Shown one piece after another: positions 27,761 through 35,410 of a stretch of 64,000 bases of DNA. The notes beneath the pieces are model-generated. The model made no database searches. It worked only from the letters and a program-made list of their open reading frames with translations, and was not told the origin of the DNA. Position numbers and translations under genes: made by a program. Numbering within the stretch: the first letter of the stretch is position 1; each line of letters begins with the position of its first letter. Source of the DNA: Patescibacteria group bacterium (lineage in GTDB: Bacteria; Patescibacteriota; Patescibacteriia; 2-12-FULL-60-25); assembly GCA_029210915.1 (NCBI GenBank), contig JARGGJ010000004.1, positions 15,327 through 79,326 on the forward strand, given 5' to 3'.

Positions 27761-28190
27761 TTCATTAAATGAGATACCGCCAATAATCATCTCGAAAGAT
27801 ATAGAGGAGGAAGGCAACTCTTGCAGATACCCAAACATGGGAATTCTGCGGAACGAGTAAGAACCTATGAAAATCCGGTTTCGACTGGAATTCCATAGTA
27901 GTACTGCTCACAGATATTCAGCGCTTCGGTGTTATGGATATCCGCCGTCTCCGCATTTACTTGCGGAGCCCTCTAGATCCTTCCAGATGATATTAAACAA
28001 TAATGTCTCGAAAGACGTGGGGGAGAGAGATTCTCTCTGTGGGCGGGCGTTTTAACGTCATGTACCACAGGTGCTCCATAGACCTTAATGCAGTTTGGTT
28101 TTAGGACTGAACTAACATTTTGATGCTATGGTGCGGATTTACCGGTATTTTTAATACCAGGTAATCCCCTCCGCATCTATCGAGATATTT
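27761..28190 (+). ncRNA. Candidate novel structured RNA of about 430 nt (free ncRNA, or a very long leader of the 61-aa ORF)
   Basis: No ORF with an RBS. Many helices: GGAATTC/GAATTCC (27840/27888), UUCG-loop hairpin (27921-27934), CTCCGCA/TGCGGAG (27949/27962), GCTCCATAG/CTATGGTGC (28071/28126), nested TGCGGA..ACCGGTA..TACCAGGT..TCCGCA (28131-28175). An internal duplicated module CAATAAT-NTCT-CGAA-AGAN-G-rich occurs at 27781 and 27998, with a compensatory A:U to G:C change. Confidence 0.5.
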
Positions 28191-28327
28191 TGATACCTAA
28201 ATTACAAATAATAAATAATAAATAATAAAGATTGTGTCACTTTGTGAATTTAATTATACTATCTATGTAATGTGATACTAATTGGTTATTGTTAATTGAT
28301 TATTGATTATTGATTATTTCAAGTTTT

Positions 28328-28513
28328 ATGCCCAAGCAAAAGAGTCATGAGGTTATGCCTCAAAAATCTGATGAGATAGTGATAACTATCAACCCTTTTG
28401 ATATCGAAAAACGTGTCAGAAAACCTTTACCGCCTCCATCGCGGTTTCATAAGGACAAATCAAAATATTCTAGAAAACAAAAACATGGGCAGGATTTTGG
28501 AAAAAATGAATAA
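28328..28513 (+). CDS. Small basic hypothetical protein (61 aa)
   Basis: MPKQKSHEVMPQKSDEIVITINPFDIEKRVRKPLPPPSRFHKDKSKYSRKQKH. It lies between the structured RNA region and the terminator at 28576. No SD. The track start at 28310 is inside a ggttattg repeat. Coding status is uncertain. Confidence 0.35.
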   Translation: MPKQKSHEVMPQKSDEIVITINPFDIEKRVRKPLPPPSRFHKDKSKYSRKQKHGQDFGKNE

Positions 28514-28575
28514 GTGGAAGGATGTTAGAAAAATGGCTTAAATAAAGCTTTTATTCTACGATCTTTACACCAAAT

Positions 28576-28602
28576 AAAAATCGGGCATTTTGCCCGATTT
28601 TT
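28576..28602. terminator. Bidirectional intrinsic terminator
   Basis: aaaaa-TCGGGCA-ttt-TGCCCGA-ttttt. It closes the P2 unit. Confidence 0.8.
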
Positions 28603-28627
28603 ATGTTTACAAAAAGCGGGCAGAGGC

Positions 28628-28656
28628 TTGACAATTACCCTGTTTTTTGCTAAGGT
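28628..28656 (+). promoter_or_regulatory. Promoter P3 for ORF526
   Basis: TTGACA (28628-28633), 17-nt spacer, TAAGGT. Confidence 0.6.
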
Positions 28657-28662
28657 TTCAAA

Positions 28663-28939
28663 TCTTCGAAATGGAAATCTTCATGGAGGGGAAAGCGATT
28701 AGCTTTTGTTTACATGACTCCGGCCGGCGCTGGACTCTATGTACACATGGGCACCCTTGGCTCGCATTATGCAAATGCAAAAACGTGAGTCGCCTCCATA
28801 AAGATTTCCGATTCCGGGAATTACATGATGGTAATTAGCATCATGTCAAAACACTCCTCTCCGGCTTACAACCAAAGAGGATAAAACTTAAACCGAACCT
28901 TACATTTTTTCTCAAGAAGTTTGTGAAAGGAAAAAGATC
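28663..28939 (+). promoter_or_regulatory. Structured 5-prime leader of ORF526 of about 275 nt (candidate cis-regulatory RNA)
   Basis: Long-range closing helix GGAAATCTTCATGGAGG (28674-28690) with CCTCCATAAAGATTTCC (28793-28809), enclosing about 100 nt with sub-hairpins. Then CATGATG-gtaattag-CATCATG (28825-28846) and CCTCT...AGAGG (28856-28880). Confidence 0.45.
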
Positions 28940-30520
28940 ATGAGCGAAAATAAAGAAGAACAGATCATCGATCTCCACCTCCGATTCAACACAGTGATCT
29001 CAGTCCCCAAAAAAGCAGTTGCGATGGGCTCCGAACGGTATGCAAAATTCGCGTTGCGCAATGTTGAGGCAACCGTGCGGGTGAGTGTGCCCAAATGGGC
29101 GTTGGACTCGGGAGATATCAAGGTTCCCAAGGAAAGAAAGGGGATTTTGGGATCGTTCGAGATTCTGATGAACGCGTCTCTGCCCGACGAGACCCTTGCA
29201 TTTGAGCTAACGCGTGAAGATTACGCGAGGCTGGATTTGCTGAAGGTGGAGTTCGACAGAGATTCCGTGCCGGGGATGGTGCTCGTTAAGATCGAGTTGC
29301 CATTGCCGGCAGCAATTGTTGAGAAGCAGATCAATGCGTCCAGAAAATACATGGGTACGGATTGTTCTCAATCGGCTGGCTGTGTTGTGGTGAACAACGT
29401 GGCAGGGGTGAAACCGCCGCACCAGGGTACGGGTCGAGGACGGTACCGAGGCAAGAACGTTGGAAACAGCCAACCGTTGAATCATGAGTTGAATACGATC
29501 AATGGTTACTGGTTCGACTACTGGGTGAACCGTCCGGAAGACCCGGAGGAGGCGGCGCCCGGAACGGTGGTGAAGTACACTGACACGTACTTCTGGCCTG
29601 CGGAGTGCAAGCTGTGTGTTCAGGTAAGCGACGAGATGCTCGCTGATCCCAAGGATCTGGTGATGGAAGAGCGAGGTCAGCTCACGCACAAGCACACGGC
29701 GCTTATGGGAGCGCACGCCAACTTGCTGCGAACCATTGCAGATGGATATTTCCGGATCTATATGGTGCCGGAGATCGTTCCGTTTGTCGTTGGCAAAGGC
29801 CAAAGGAACTTCTTCACACACAAGTTCCCAGAATTGGTCGCCGCGCTGGACAACAATAAAGTCTCGGCAATGCTGCAAGGCTCGGGGCATTTTCAGCCCC
29901 GAGACGAGGTAGCATATGACTTTTACTGTTGTAATGGGGCGAACGATCCGAACTCCGGTTCGGTGTTCATGACCTCGGCGTGCTTTGGGCGCACTCAACC
30001 CATTTACCACATGCAGTGGAAGGATGGGCGCAGGCAACCGGTGATTCGGGATGGAGAGAAAGTACTCAACAATCAAGTTGGGCACTTGGTCATTCTCTCC
30101 GACCTGACAGCTCATCAGCTGGAAGGAGCTGTGTTCGAAGCCATGGTCGATGGCACCATGGACAGGTTCTACGAGAAACACGGTTTGCTCTTTCCGGATG
30201 AAGCATTTGCAGGTGATGATTTTGTGGCGGCACAGAGCCACAAGAAAGCAAATCGCGAAGCCAAACAGGGCGACGGCAATGGTGTTCGGGAGAGCTCGAA
30301 GAAGAGCGTCAAGCCCGATCCCGAGCCCGAGCCTGAGCCTGAACCGAAGCCTGTTCAGTTTGGGAGCTTCGATGATGTGCTCCCTCCCCTGCCCGAAGAA
30401 TCCGAACCCGAGGAGTCAGAAGATGATCCGGGTGAAGAATCCGATGGGGAGGATGAGCAGGAAAACGAGAAAACTCAAGACGACGACACCGGTGACGAAC
30501 CCTCGGACTTCCCGGTCTGA
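28940..30520 (+). CDS. Orphan hypothetical protein ORF526 with a PEPEPEPEP linker and poly-acidic C-terminal tail
   Basis: 526 aa. AAGGA RBS, own TTGACA promoter 280 nt upstream, terminator at 30548 and a TGA stop. G+C is high enough to open a 344-aa antisense shadow ORF. No catalytic or DNA-binding motif recognised. Confidence 0.75.
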   Translation: MSENKEEQIIDLHLRFNTVISVPKKAVAMGSERYAKFALRNVEATVRVSVPKWALDSGDIKVPKERKGILGSFEILMNASLPDETLAFELTREDYARLDLLKVEFDRDSVPGMVLVKIELPLPAAIVEKQINASRKYMGTDCSQSAGCVVVNNVAGVKPPHQGTGRGRYRGKNVGNSQPLNHELNTINGYWFDYWVNRPEDPEEAAPGTVVKYTDTYFWPAECKLCVQVSDEMLADPKDLVMEERGQLTHKHTALMGAHANLLRTIADGYFRIYMVPEIVPFVVGKGQRNFFTHKFPELVAALDNNKVSAMLQGSGHFQPRDEVAYDFYCCNGANDPNSGSVFMTSACFGRTQPIYHMQWKDGRRQPVIRDGEKVLNNQVGHLVILSDLTAHQLEGAVFEAMVDGTMDRFYEKHGLLFPDEAFAGDDFVAAQSHKKANREAKQGDGNGVRESSKKSVKPDPEPEPEPEPKPVQFGSFDDVLPPLPEESEPEESEDDPGEESDGEDEQENEKTQDDDTGDEPSDFPV

Positions 30521-30547
30521 GATATGAACCTTACTTAACTTGTTAGT

Positions 30548-30575
30548 GCGGCTGTAAGTTACAGCCGCCTTTTTC
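30548..30575 (+). terminator. Intrinsic terminator after ORF526
   Basis: GCGGCTGT-aagtt-ACAGCCGC followed by cttttt. Confidence 0.8.
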
Positions 30576-30626
30576 TCTCGTGCATTTGAATTCAAGTGCC
30601 CGGGAGCTGAAAGCTTTCATAGTTTG

Positions 30627-30655
30627 TTGACAGAAAGTGTTGCATTTAATAGCAT
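30627..30655 (+). promoter_or_regulatory. Promoter P4
   Basis: TTGACA (30627-30632), 17-nt spacer, TAGCAT. Confidence 0.5.
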
Positions 30656-30661
30656 AAAAAA

Positions 30662-30826
30662 ACAATGCGGTTTGCAAGTTGCGAAACGAAGCGCGACCGG
30701 TAAAGAAATTCATGGTTACTCAATTTATTGAGTTCTCTCTCCTCCTATGAAATTCCATACCATCTTTGCGGCAACGTTTCGCAGCTTACAGACCACATAA
30801 AAAAACACCCTTTACCGGGTGTTTTT
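30662..30826 (+). ncRNA. Candidate small RNA of about 160 nt
   Basis: Lies between P4 and the terminator at 30801-30826. Long-range helix TTGCGAAACG (about 30690) with CGTTTCGCAG (about 30775), inner CTCAAT-tt-ATTGAG hairpin and an exposed CU-rich stretch TCTCTCTCCTCCT. Only a 12-codon ORF without an RBS. Confidence 0.4.
30801..30826. terminator. Bidirectional terminator shared by the P4 unit and the rodZ-like gene
   Basis: aaaaa-ACACCC-tttacc-GGGTGT-ttttt. It abuts the stop of the 30825-31592 gene. Confidence 0.75.
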
Positions 30827-31592
30827 AGTTTATGGTTGAGGTGGCGAAAGATTCGGTTGTGGTAGAGTAATCCTGAAAATAGCGGATGGTTTCATTAGGT
30901 GGAGCCGGCCCTTGAATGGGGGCATATGTGATGTATCTGGTTAATTTTGACTCCAATCCATAACGTCGTTTGGCAATGATATCCAATTTGGTTAAACCCC
31001 GCGGAATATCCATGTTTAATGCAAATGAGCCATCTTCTTCCACAACTGCAAAAATACCATTAACAACTACCGAGGCCGTGGGATCGGTTTTTCCTTGGAT
31101 TATTATGCGCGGGCCGGTGATTTGTTCGTTATCTGCCGGCGAGGTTACAGTGAGTGATGGGGACTCGCGAAAAATTTTTGCCTCGTTCCAAACGTAATAC
31201 CCCAATAAAAAAAATATCGGAATAATTATTAAAAAAGGTAAATATTTTGTTGGAGTAAAAAATTCACTGCGTTTTATCTTATGCGTGAACGAATAATTTT
31301 TTGTAGTGTTTCTTATTTCAAAACCATCGCGAACCAAGGCGGCTCTGTACTTTCCAAGGATAAACGGGATTCTGCCATCCAATGCCTTGGTTAGCGCGCG
31401 AACATGCCTCTCGGAGTAATAGGGATCGTTTAATGAGGAGAAATTCTCGCTTTCTAAAGCTTCAATAATATATTCAGAGATACCTGATATTTTTGATAAT
31501 TCTTTTACTGTCCAGCCTCGGAGCTCGCGAAGTTCTTTTAAATCTATTCCAAAACTCTGATCTGTTCCGATACTTTTTTTTATAAAACCCAT
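30825..31592 (-). CDS. RodZ-like HTH (XRE-type) membrane protein
   Basis: 255 aa. N-terminal HTH (LRELRGWTVKELSKISGISEYIIEALE), central TM helix (YLPFLIIIPIFFLLGYYVW) and an extracytoplasmic beta-rich domain. Confidence 0.75.
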   Translation of the reverse strand: MGFIKKSIGTDQSFGIDLKELRELRGWTVKELSKISGISEYIIEALESENFSSLNDPYYSERHVRALTKALDGRIPFILGKYRAALVRDGFEIRNTTKNYSFTHKIKRSEFFTPTKYLPFLIIIPIFFLLGYYVWNEAKIFRESPSLTVTSPADNEQITGPRIIIQGKTDPTASVVVNGIFAVVEEDGSFALNMDIPRGLTKLDIIAKRRYGLESKLTRYITYAPIQGPAPPNETIRYFQDYSTTTESFATSTIN

Positions 31593-31598
31593 AATACC

Positions 31599-33941
31599 TT
31601 AATACCTCCTTTCAGTCTCCTCGTCAACCTCATCATCTTCGTCACTCTCCTCCTCCTCTTCCTCGTCAGTATCTTCGTAATCATTATCCGGATTATTATT
31701 ATTATCTTCTTCTTCCTCTTCTTCTTCGATTTCATCTTCCTCAACTTCTTCCGCTTCATACTCGTCCGCCGGGTCATTAGCGTTTGTAAAATCCGCTTTG
31801 AGGATTTCGCGAGGTTTAGCGCCATCGGCAGGGCCTATAAAACCTTCTTCTTCCAAAAGATCAAGGATGCGCGCAGCGCGAGCATAACCAACCTTAAGGC
31901 GCCTTTGGAGCAATGATGCACTGGCTTTACCGGCGCGGATTATTTCTTCTTTTGCTTCATGAAGCAAAGCATCACCACCCTCACCGCCACCGCCTCCTGA
32001 TGAAAATATTGATTTAGATCTATCATGCTCTACAACTTCGGGGTCGTAATCCGCGGGTTCGTATTTGGATTTTAGATATTCAACTACGCGATTAATCTCG
32101 TCATCCGCCAGATAAACACCCTGAATACGTCGAGGTGATGAAAGCTCGGCAGTGGAGTAAAGCATATCGCCCCGGCCAATGAGTTTCTCGGCGCCGGATT
32201 GGTCGATGATGGTGCGCGAATCCATGAGTGATGCAACGGAGAAAGCGATACGCGCCGGGATGTTGGCTTTAATAAGACCGGTGATAACATCTACCGATGG
32301 GCGCTGGGTCGCAAGAATAAGGTGGATACCAACCGCACGCGACATTTGCGCCAAGCGGACAATTTGTGACTCAACCTCTTGCTTGGAGTTGACCATTAGA
32401 TCGGCGAGCTCATCGACTATCATTACAATATAAGGAAGTTTTTCTTTACACCTGGCATTGTAAGTGGCTATATCACGGCACTGCATTTTGGAAAGCATGT
32501 CGAAGCGCTTGTTCATCTCCCTAACCGCCCATTTCATGGAGTTTATTGTTTTGTCGACATCTGTAATAACCGGAGTGATGAGATGCGGTATGCCGTTGTA
32601 TATTGGGAATTCAACACGTTTCGGATCGACTAATATCAATTTGAGATCATCCGGGCCATTGGAGTAAAGAAGCGACATAATGATGCTGTTTAAACACACC
32701 GATTTACCGGAACCGGTTGCGCCGGCAACAAGCAAGTGAGGCATACGGCATACATCGGCATGCCAGGGTTTACCGGTTACATCACGTCCCAAAGAAAAAG
32801 TGAGTTGGCTTTTGCGGTCGCGCCATTCTTTGGTTTCGAAAAGCTCGCGCAGGCCAACAATGGCAACGCTTTGGTTGGGAACTTCGACGCCTACCATGGA
32901 TTTGCCCGGGATTGGAGCTTCGATACGAATTGGGTGAGCAGCGAGCGCCATAGCCAAATCGTTGTGTAGTGCCGTAATTTTGTTTAGCTTGATTCCTTCG
33001 GCGGGTTTGAATGTAAATTGGGTTACAGTTGGGCCAACAGCGACCTCACCCATTTCGACAGGGATTCCAAAAGTTTCGAGTGTGCGTTGAATTAAGAGTT
33101 GACGGCTTTCGATATCACCCGAAGTTGGTTTTTGATCGTGAGTTGTTAGAAGCTCGAAAGGAATATCTATCTTGGGCCTGCGACGGCGGGGTTTTGGCTC
33201 TTTAACCTTTTTGGGTTTGGGAATGCCGGTTTCATTTTCCTCCTCTTCGATTTCTTCTTCGTCGGCTTCCTCCTCCTCTTCATCTTCTTCTTCATCCTCT
33301 TCGGTTTCAGTATCATCTATTTCGTTATTATTTGATGATTTTTTAAACTTACGATTTTTTAATGAAGTTGCGATGGCTACCAAAGGTTTAAAGATGATAG
33401 AGAAAATGCGAAGTACAAAATTGACTACACTCATTAACCAATCGCCAATAGTTGACAATGATGTGTTAAAGATTAAAACCAAAGAGGCGCCAAATATGGC
33501 GGCAAAAAATATTATTGCGCCGGCTACTCCAAAAAGCGGAATAAACGGTTCCGCTAAAATCATTCCCAGTTTACCGGCCGCGGCATCGATGGCTGTTGCT
33601 GTGGCTTTTGAATCTTTGAAAGTTAAAAGATGGATAAGCGGATTAAAACCAATGAAAAACAGTAAAAAACCAATGCCGTTTGATAGCTTTAAAGGTAAAC
33701 GAGACGGTGAGTACAGAAAGATACCGACAGTAAAAATAAAGAATGGCAACACTATTTTATCCCAGCCAAAAACGTGCGCCATGGCAGAATCCAAACCTGT
33801 TCCGACCGCGCCGGCTAAATCAAAAAGGGATAAAAGCAAAAAGATTGCAACGGCAAATAAAATGACAGTCACAATTCCTTTTTGTGTTTGCGCATCTAAA
33901 TTCAGACGAAAGCCATAGCTTTTTTTTCGGCGTCTTCCCAT
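31599..33941 (-). CDS. ftsK: DNA translocase FtsK/SpoIIIE
   Basis: 780 aa. N-terminal TM helices, poly-acidic linker, Walker A VAGATGSGKS, Walker B IVMIVDELADL, gamma domain LLQRRLKVGYARAARILDLLEEEG, plus an acidic tail. Confidence 0.95.
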   Translation of the reverse strand: MGRRRKKSYGFRLNLDAQTQKGIVTVILFAVAIFLLLSLFDLAGAVGTGLDSAMAHVFGWDKIVLPFFIFTVGIFLYSPSRLPLKLSNGIGFLLFFIGFNPLIHLLTFKDSKATATAIDAAAGKLGMILAEPFIPLFGVAGAIIFFAAIFGASLVLIFNTSLSTIGDWLMSVVNFVLRIFSIIFKPLVAIATSLKNRKFKKSSNNNEIDDTETEEDEEEDEEEEEADEEEIEEEENETGIPKPKKVKEPKPRRRRPKIDIPFELLTTHDQKPTSGDIESRQLLIQRTLETFGIPVEMGEVAVGPTVTQFTFKPAEGIKLNKITALHNDLAMALAAHPIRIEAPIPGKSMVGVEVPNQSVAIVGLRELFETKEWRDRKSQLTFSLGRDVTGKPWHADVCRMPHLLVAGATGSGKSVCLNSIIMSLLYSNGPDDLKLILVDPKRVEFPIYNGIPHLITPVITDVDKTINSMKWAVREMNKRFDMLSKMQCRDIATYNARCKEKLPYIVMIVDELADLMVNSKQEVESQIVRLAQMSRAVGIHLILATQRPSVDVITGLIKANIPARIAFSVASLMDSRTIIDQSGAEKLIGRGDMLYSTAELSSPRRIQGVYLADDEINRVVEYLKSKYEPADYDPEVVEHDRSKSIFSSGGGGGEGGDALLHEAKEEIIRAGKASASLLQRRLKVGYARAARILDLLEEEGFIGPADGAKPREILKADFTNANDPADEYEAEEVEEDEIEEEEEEEDNNNNPDNDYEDTDEEEEEESDEDDEVDEETERRY

Positions 33942-33998
33942 GGTTAAGGCTTATTTTACTTTAAAAATACAAAATAGTCTAACTGAATAAAAACGTTA

Positions 33999-35087
33999 CT
34001 ACCCTTGCTCATCCGCAATATCATCGTCTTTAGGATCTTCCGCTTTGCCTTTAGTATCGGATGCCAAATCAATTCCCTCTTTTACGCGCCATGACTCAAC
34101 TATTTCTGCGCGAATTGTTTTCATTATTTCCGGTTCTTGCCTAAGCGCGGCTTTGGCGTTTTCACGGCCTACGCCGAGCTTGGTATCTTTATATGAATAA
34201 CTGTTGCCGGCTTTTTTGATTGCATTCCATTCAACGCCAAGATCCAAGAGATCGCCGGCGATGGAGATGCCTTCGTTATACATTATATCAAACTCACAAG
34301 TACGGAACGGGGCGGCCATCTTGTTTTTAACAATCTTGGTTTTAACACGATTGCCAATGATGCGATCGCCCATTTTGATTTGGGCGCTGCGGCGAACCTC
34401 GATGCGAACCGATGAGTAGAATTTGAGAGCCATACCGCCGGTAGTAGTTTCCGGGTTGCCAAACATGACGCCGATTTTTTGACGAAGCTGGTTGATGAAA
34501 ATTACCGAGGTTTTAGTACGTGAGACAATGGCTGTGAGTTTGCGAAGAGCTTGACTCATGAGGCGGGCTTGGAGACCCATGTGGGAATCGCCCATTTCGC
34601 CTTCGATTTCCGCTTTTGGAGTTAGTGCCGCGACAGAGTCGATGACTATTACGTCGACAGCGTTGGAGCGTACGAGTGTTTCCACAATATCCAATGCTTG
34701 CTCTCCGGTATCGGGCTGGGAGATAAGCATGTCGTTAATGTTGACTCCGATTTTTTTGGCGTAATCCGGATCCAGTGCGTGCTCTGCGTCTACAAAAGCG
34801 GCGAGACCGCCCATTTTTTGCACTTCGGCAATGATATGCTGGGCAAGTGTGGTTTTACCTGATGCCTCGGGTCCGTAGACCTCGATAATGCGGCCGCGCG
34901 GTACGCCCATGACACCGAGTGCGAGATCGAGTGACAGACAACCGGTTGGAACCGTGTCTACCTGCATTTTTTTAGCCTCGCCAAGGCGCATAATTGCACC
35001 CTCGCCAAAGCGTTCTTTAATTTGATCAATAGCTTCTTGAGCGGCCACCATACGAGCGCCGGCCTCATCTACAACTTTTTTAGCCAT
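33999..35087 (-). CDS. recA: Recombinase RecA
   Basis: 362 aa. [18 protein letters not shown] and the L1/L2 regions ([23 protein letters not shown]). Confidence 0.97.
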   Translation of the reverse strand: MAKKVVDEAGARMVAAQEAIDQIKERFGEGAIMRLGEAKKMQVDTVPTGCLSLDLALGVMGVPRGRIIEVYGPEASGKTTLAQHIIAEVQKMGGLAAFVDAEHALDPDYAKKIGVNINDMLISQPDTGEQALDIVETLVRSNAVDVIVIDSVAALTPKAEIEGEMGDSHMGLQARLMSQALRKLTAIVSRTKTSVIFINQLRQKIGVMFGNPETTTGGMALKFYSSVRIEVRRSAQIKMGDRIIGNRVKTKIVKNKMAAPFRTCEFDIMYNEGISIAGDLLDLGVEWNAIKKAGNSYSYKDTKLGVGRENAKAALRQEPEIMKTIRAEIVESWRVKEGIDLASDTKGKAEDPKDDDIADEQG

Positions 35088-35100
35088 AAAAACTTTTTAT

Positions 35101-35182
35101 AATTAATAAATAACAAATAATAAATAATAAAGCGAGCGGAGGTGATTAATCTTTATTATTTGTTATTTATTATTTGTTATTT
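35101..35182. repeat. aataataaag-family near-perfect 32-bp-arm hairpin in the recA 5-prime region
   Basis: aattaataaataacaaataataaataataaag-cgagcggaggtgattaat-ctttattatttgttatttattatttgttattt. Lies between the SOS box and the recA ATG. Confidence 0.95.
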
Positions 35183-35192
35183 ACGGTACGTT

Positions 35193-35207
35193 GTTCTGTT
35201 TTTGTTC
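35193..35207. promoter_or_regulatory. Candidate LexA operator (SOS box) upstream of recA: GTTC-N7-GTTC on the plus strand
   Basis: gttGTTCtgtttttGTTCtataac. Its reverse complement ttataGAACaaaaacaGAACaac matches the lexA-upstream site at all but one position from TTATAGAAC through the second GAAC. Confidence 0.6.
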
Positions 35208-35374
35208 TATAACTGCAAGCTTAGCAAATTGGCGGGGAGTAGTCATTGGGGATAACTCTGTGCTGCGCTGGCGCTTCGCAAAATTACAAATAATAAATTA
35301 ATAAATAATAAAGAAATCTGAAAGAGTAATCCTTGTTAATTAACATGAAGTACTGGTCAAACCCGGTTCGAGTT

Positions 35375-35398
35375 TAAAAAAGCCCCGAGTCATTGGGG
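35375..35398 (-). terminator. Terminator of the M23 peptidase gene
   Basis: Minus-strand GCCCC-aatgactc-GGGGC-tttttt, about 13 nt after the stop. Confidence 0.8.
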
Positions 35399-35410
35399 CT
35401 TTGGTTTAGA

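Noticed and set aside
27761-28190. Identification of the structured RNA as RNase P RNA, tmRNA, SRP RNA or a group I/II intron
   Set aside because: It lacks the GGAAAGUCC/ACAGAA P4 strands. It also lacks the GGGG 5-prime end, the T-arm GGUUCGA and the CCA tail of tmRNA, although GGTTTCGAC at 27876 and CCGCCGTCTCC at 27942 look superficially tmRNA-like. There is no GGAA/AGCA SRP domain IV and there are no intron boundary motifs. It is left unassigned.
29207-30241. 344-aa minus-strand ORF inside ORF526
   Set aside because: It is fully antisense to a better-supported plus-strand gene that has a promoter, RBS and terminator. It is Arg/His/Leu-rich, which is typical of a shadow frame in G+C-rich coding DNA. 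It has no start-site signals.
26700-30826. Prophage, integrative element or IS interpretation of the insert
   Set aside because: There is no integrase, transposase or recombinase, no capsid or terminase-like ORF, no tRNA target and no flanking direct or inverted repeats that I could find. It is kept as an unclassified island.
31580-31825. 81-aa Lys/Arg-rich ORF overlapping the ftsK 3-prime end
   Set aside because: It is an out-of-frame reading of the GAA/GAG-rich DNA that encodes the FtsK acidic tail. It is not an independent gene.
35355-35375. tRNA-like GGTTCGA motif
   Set aside because: There is no flanking T-stem, acceptor stem or anticodon arm. The sequence is part of the spacer before the M23 terminator. 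No tRNA gene was found anywhere in the window.
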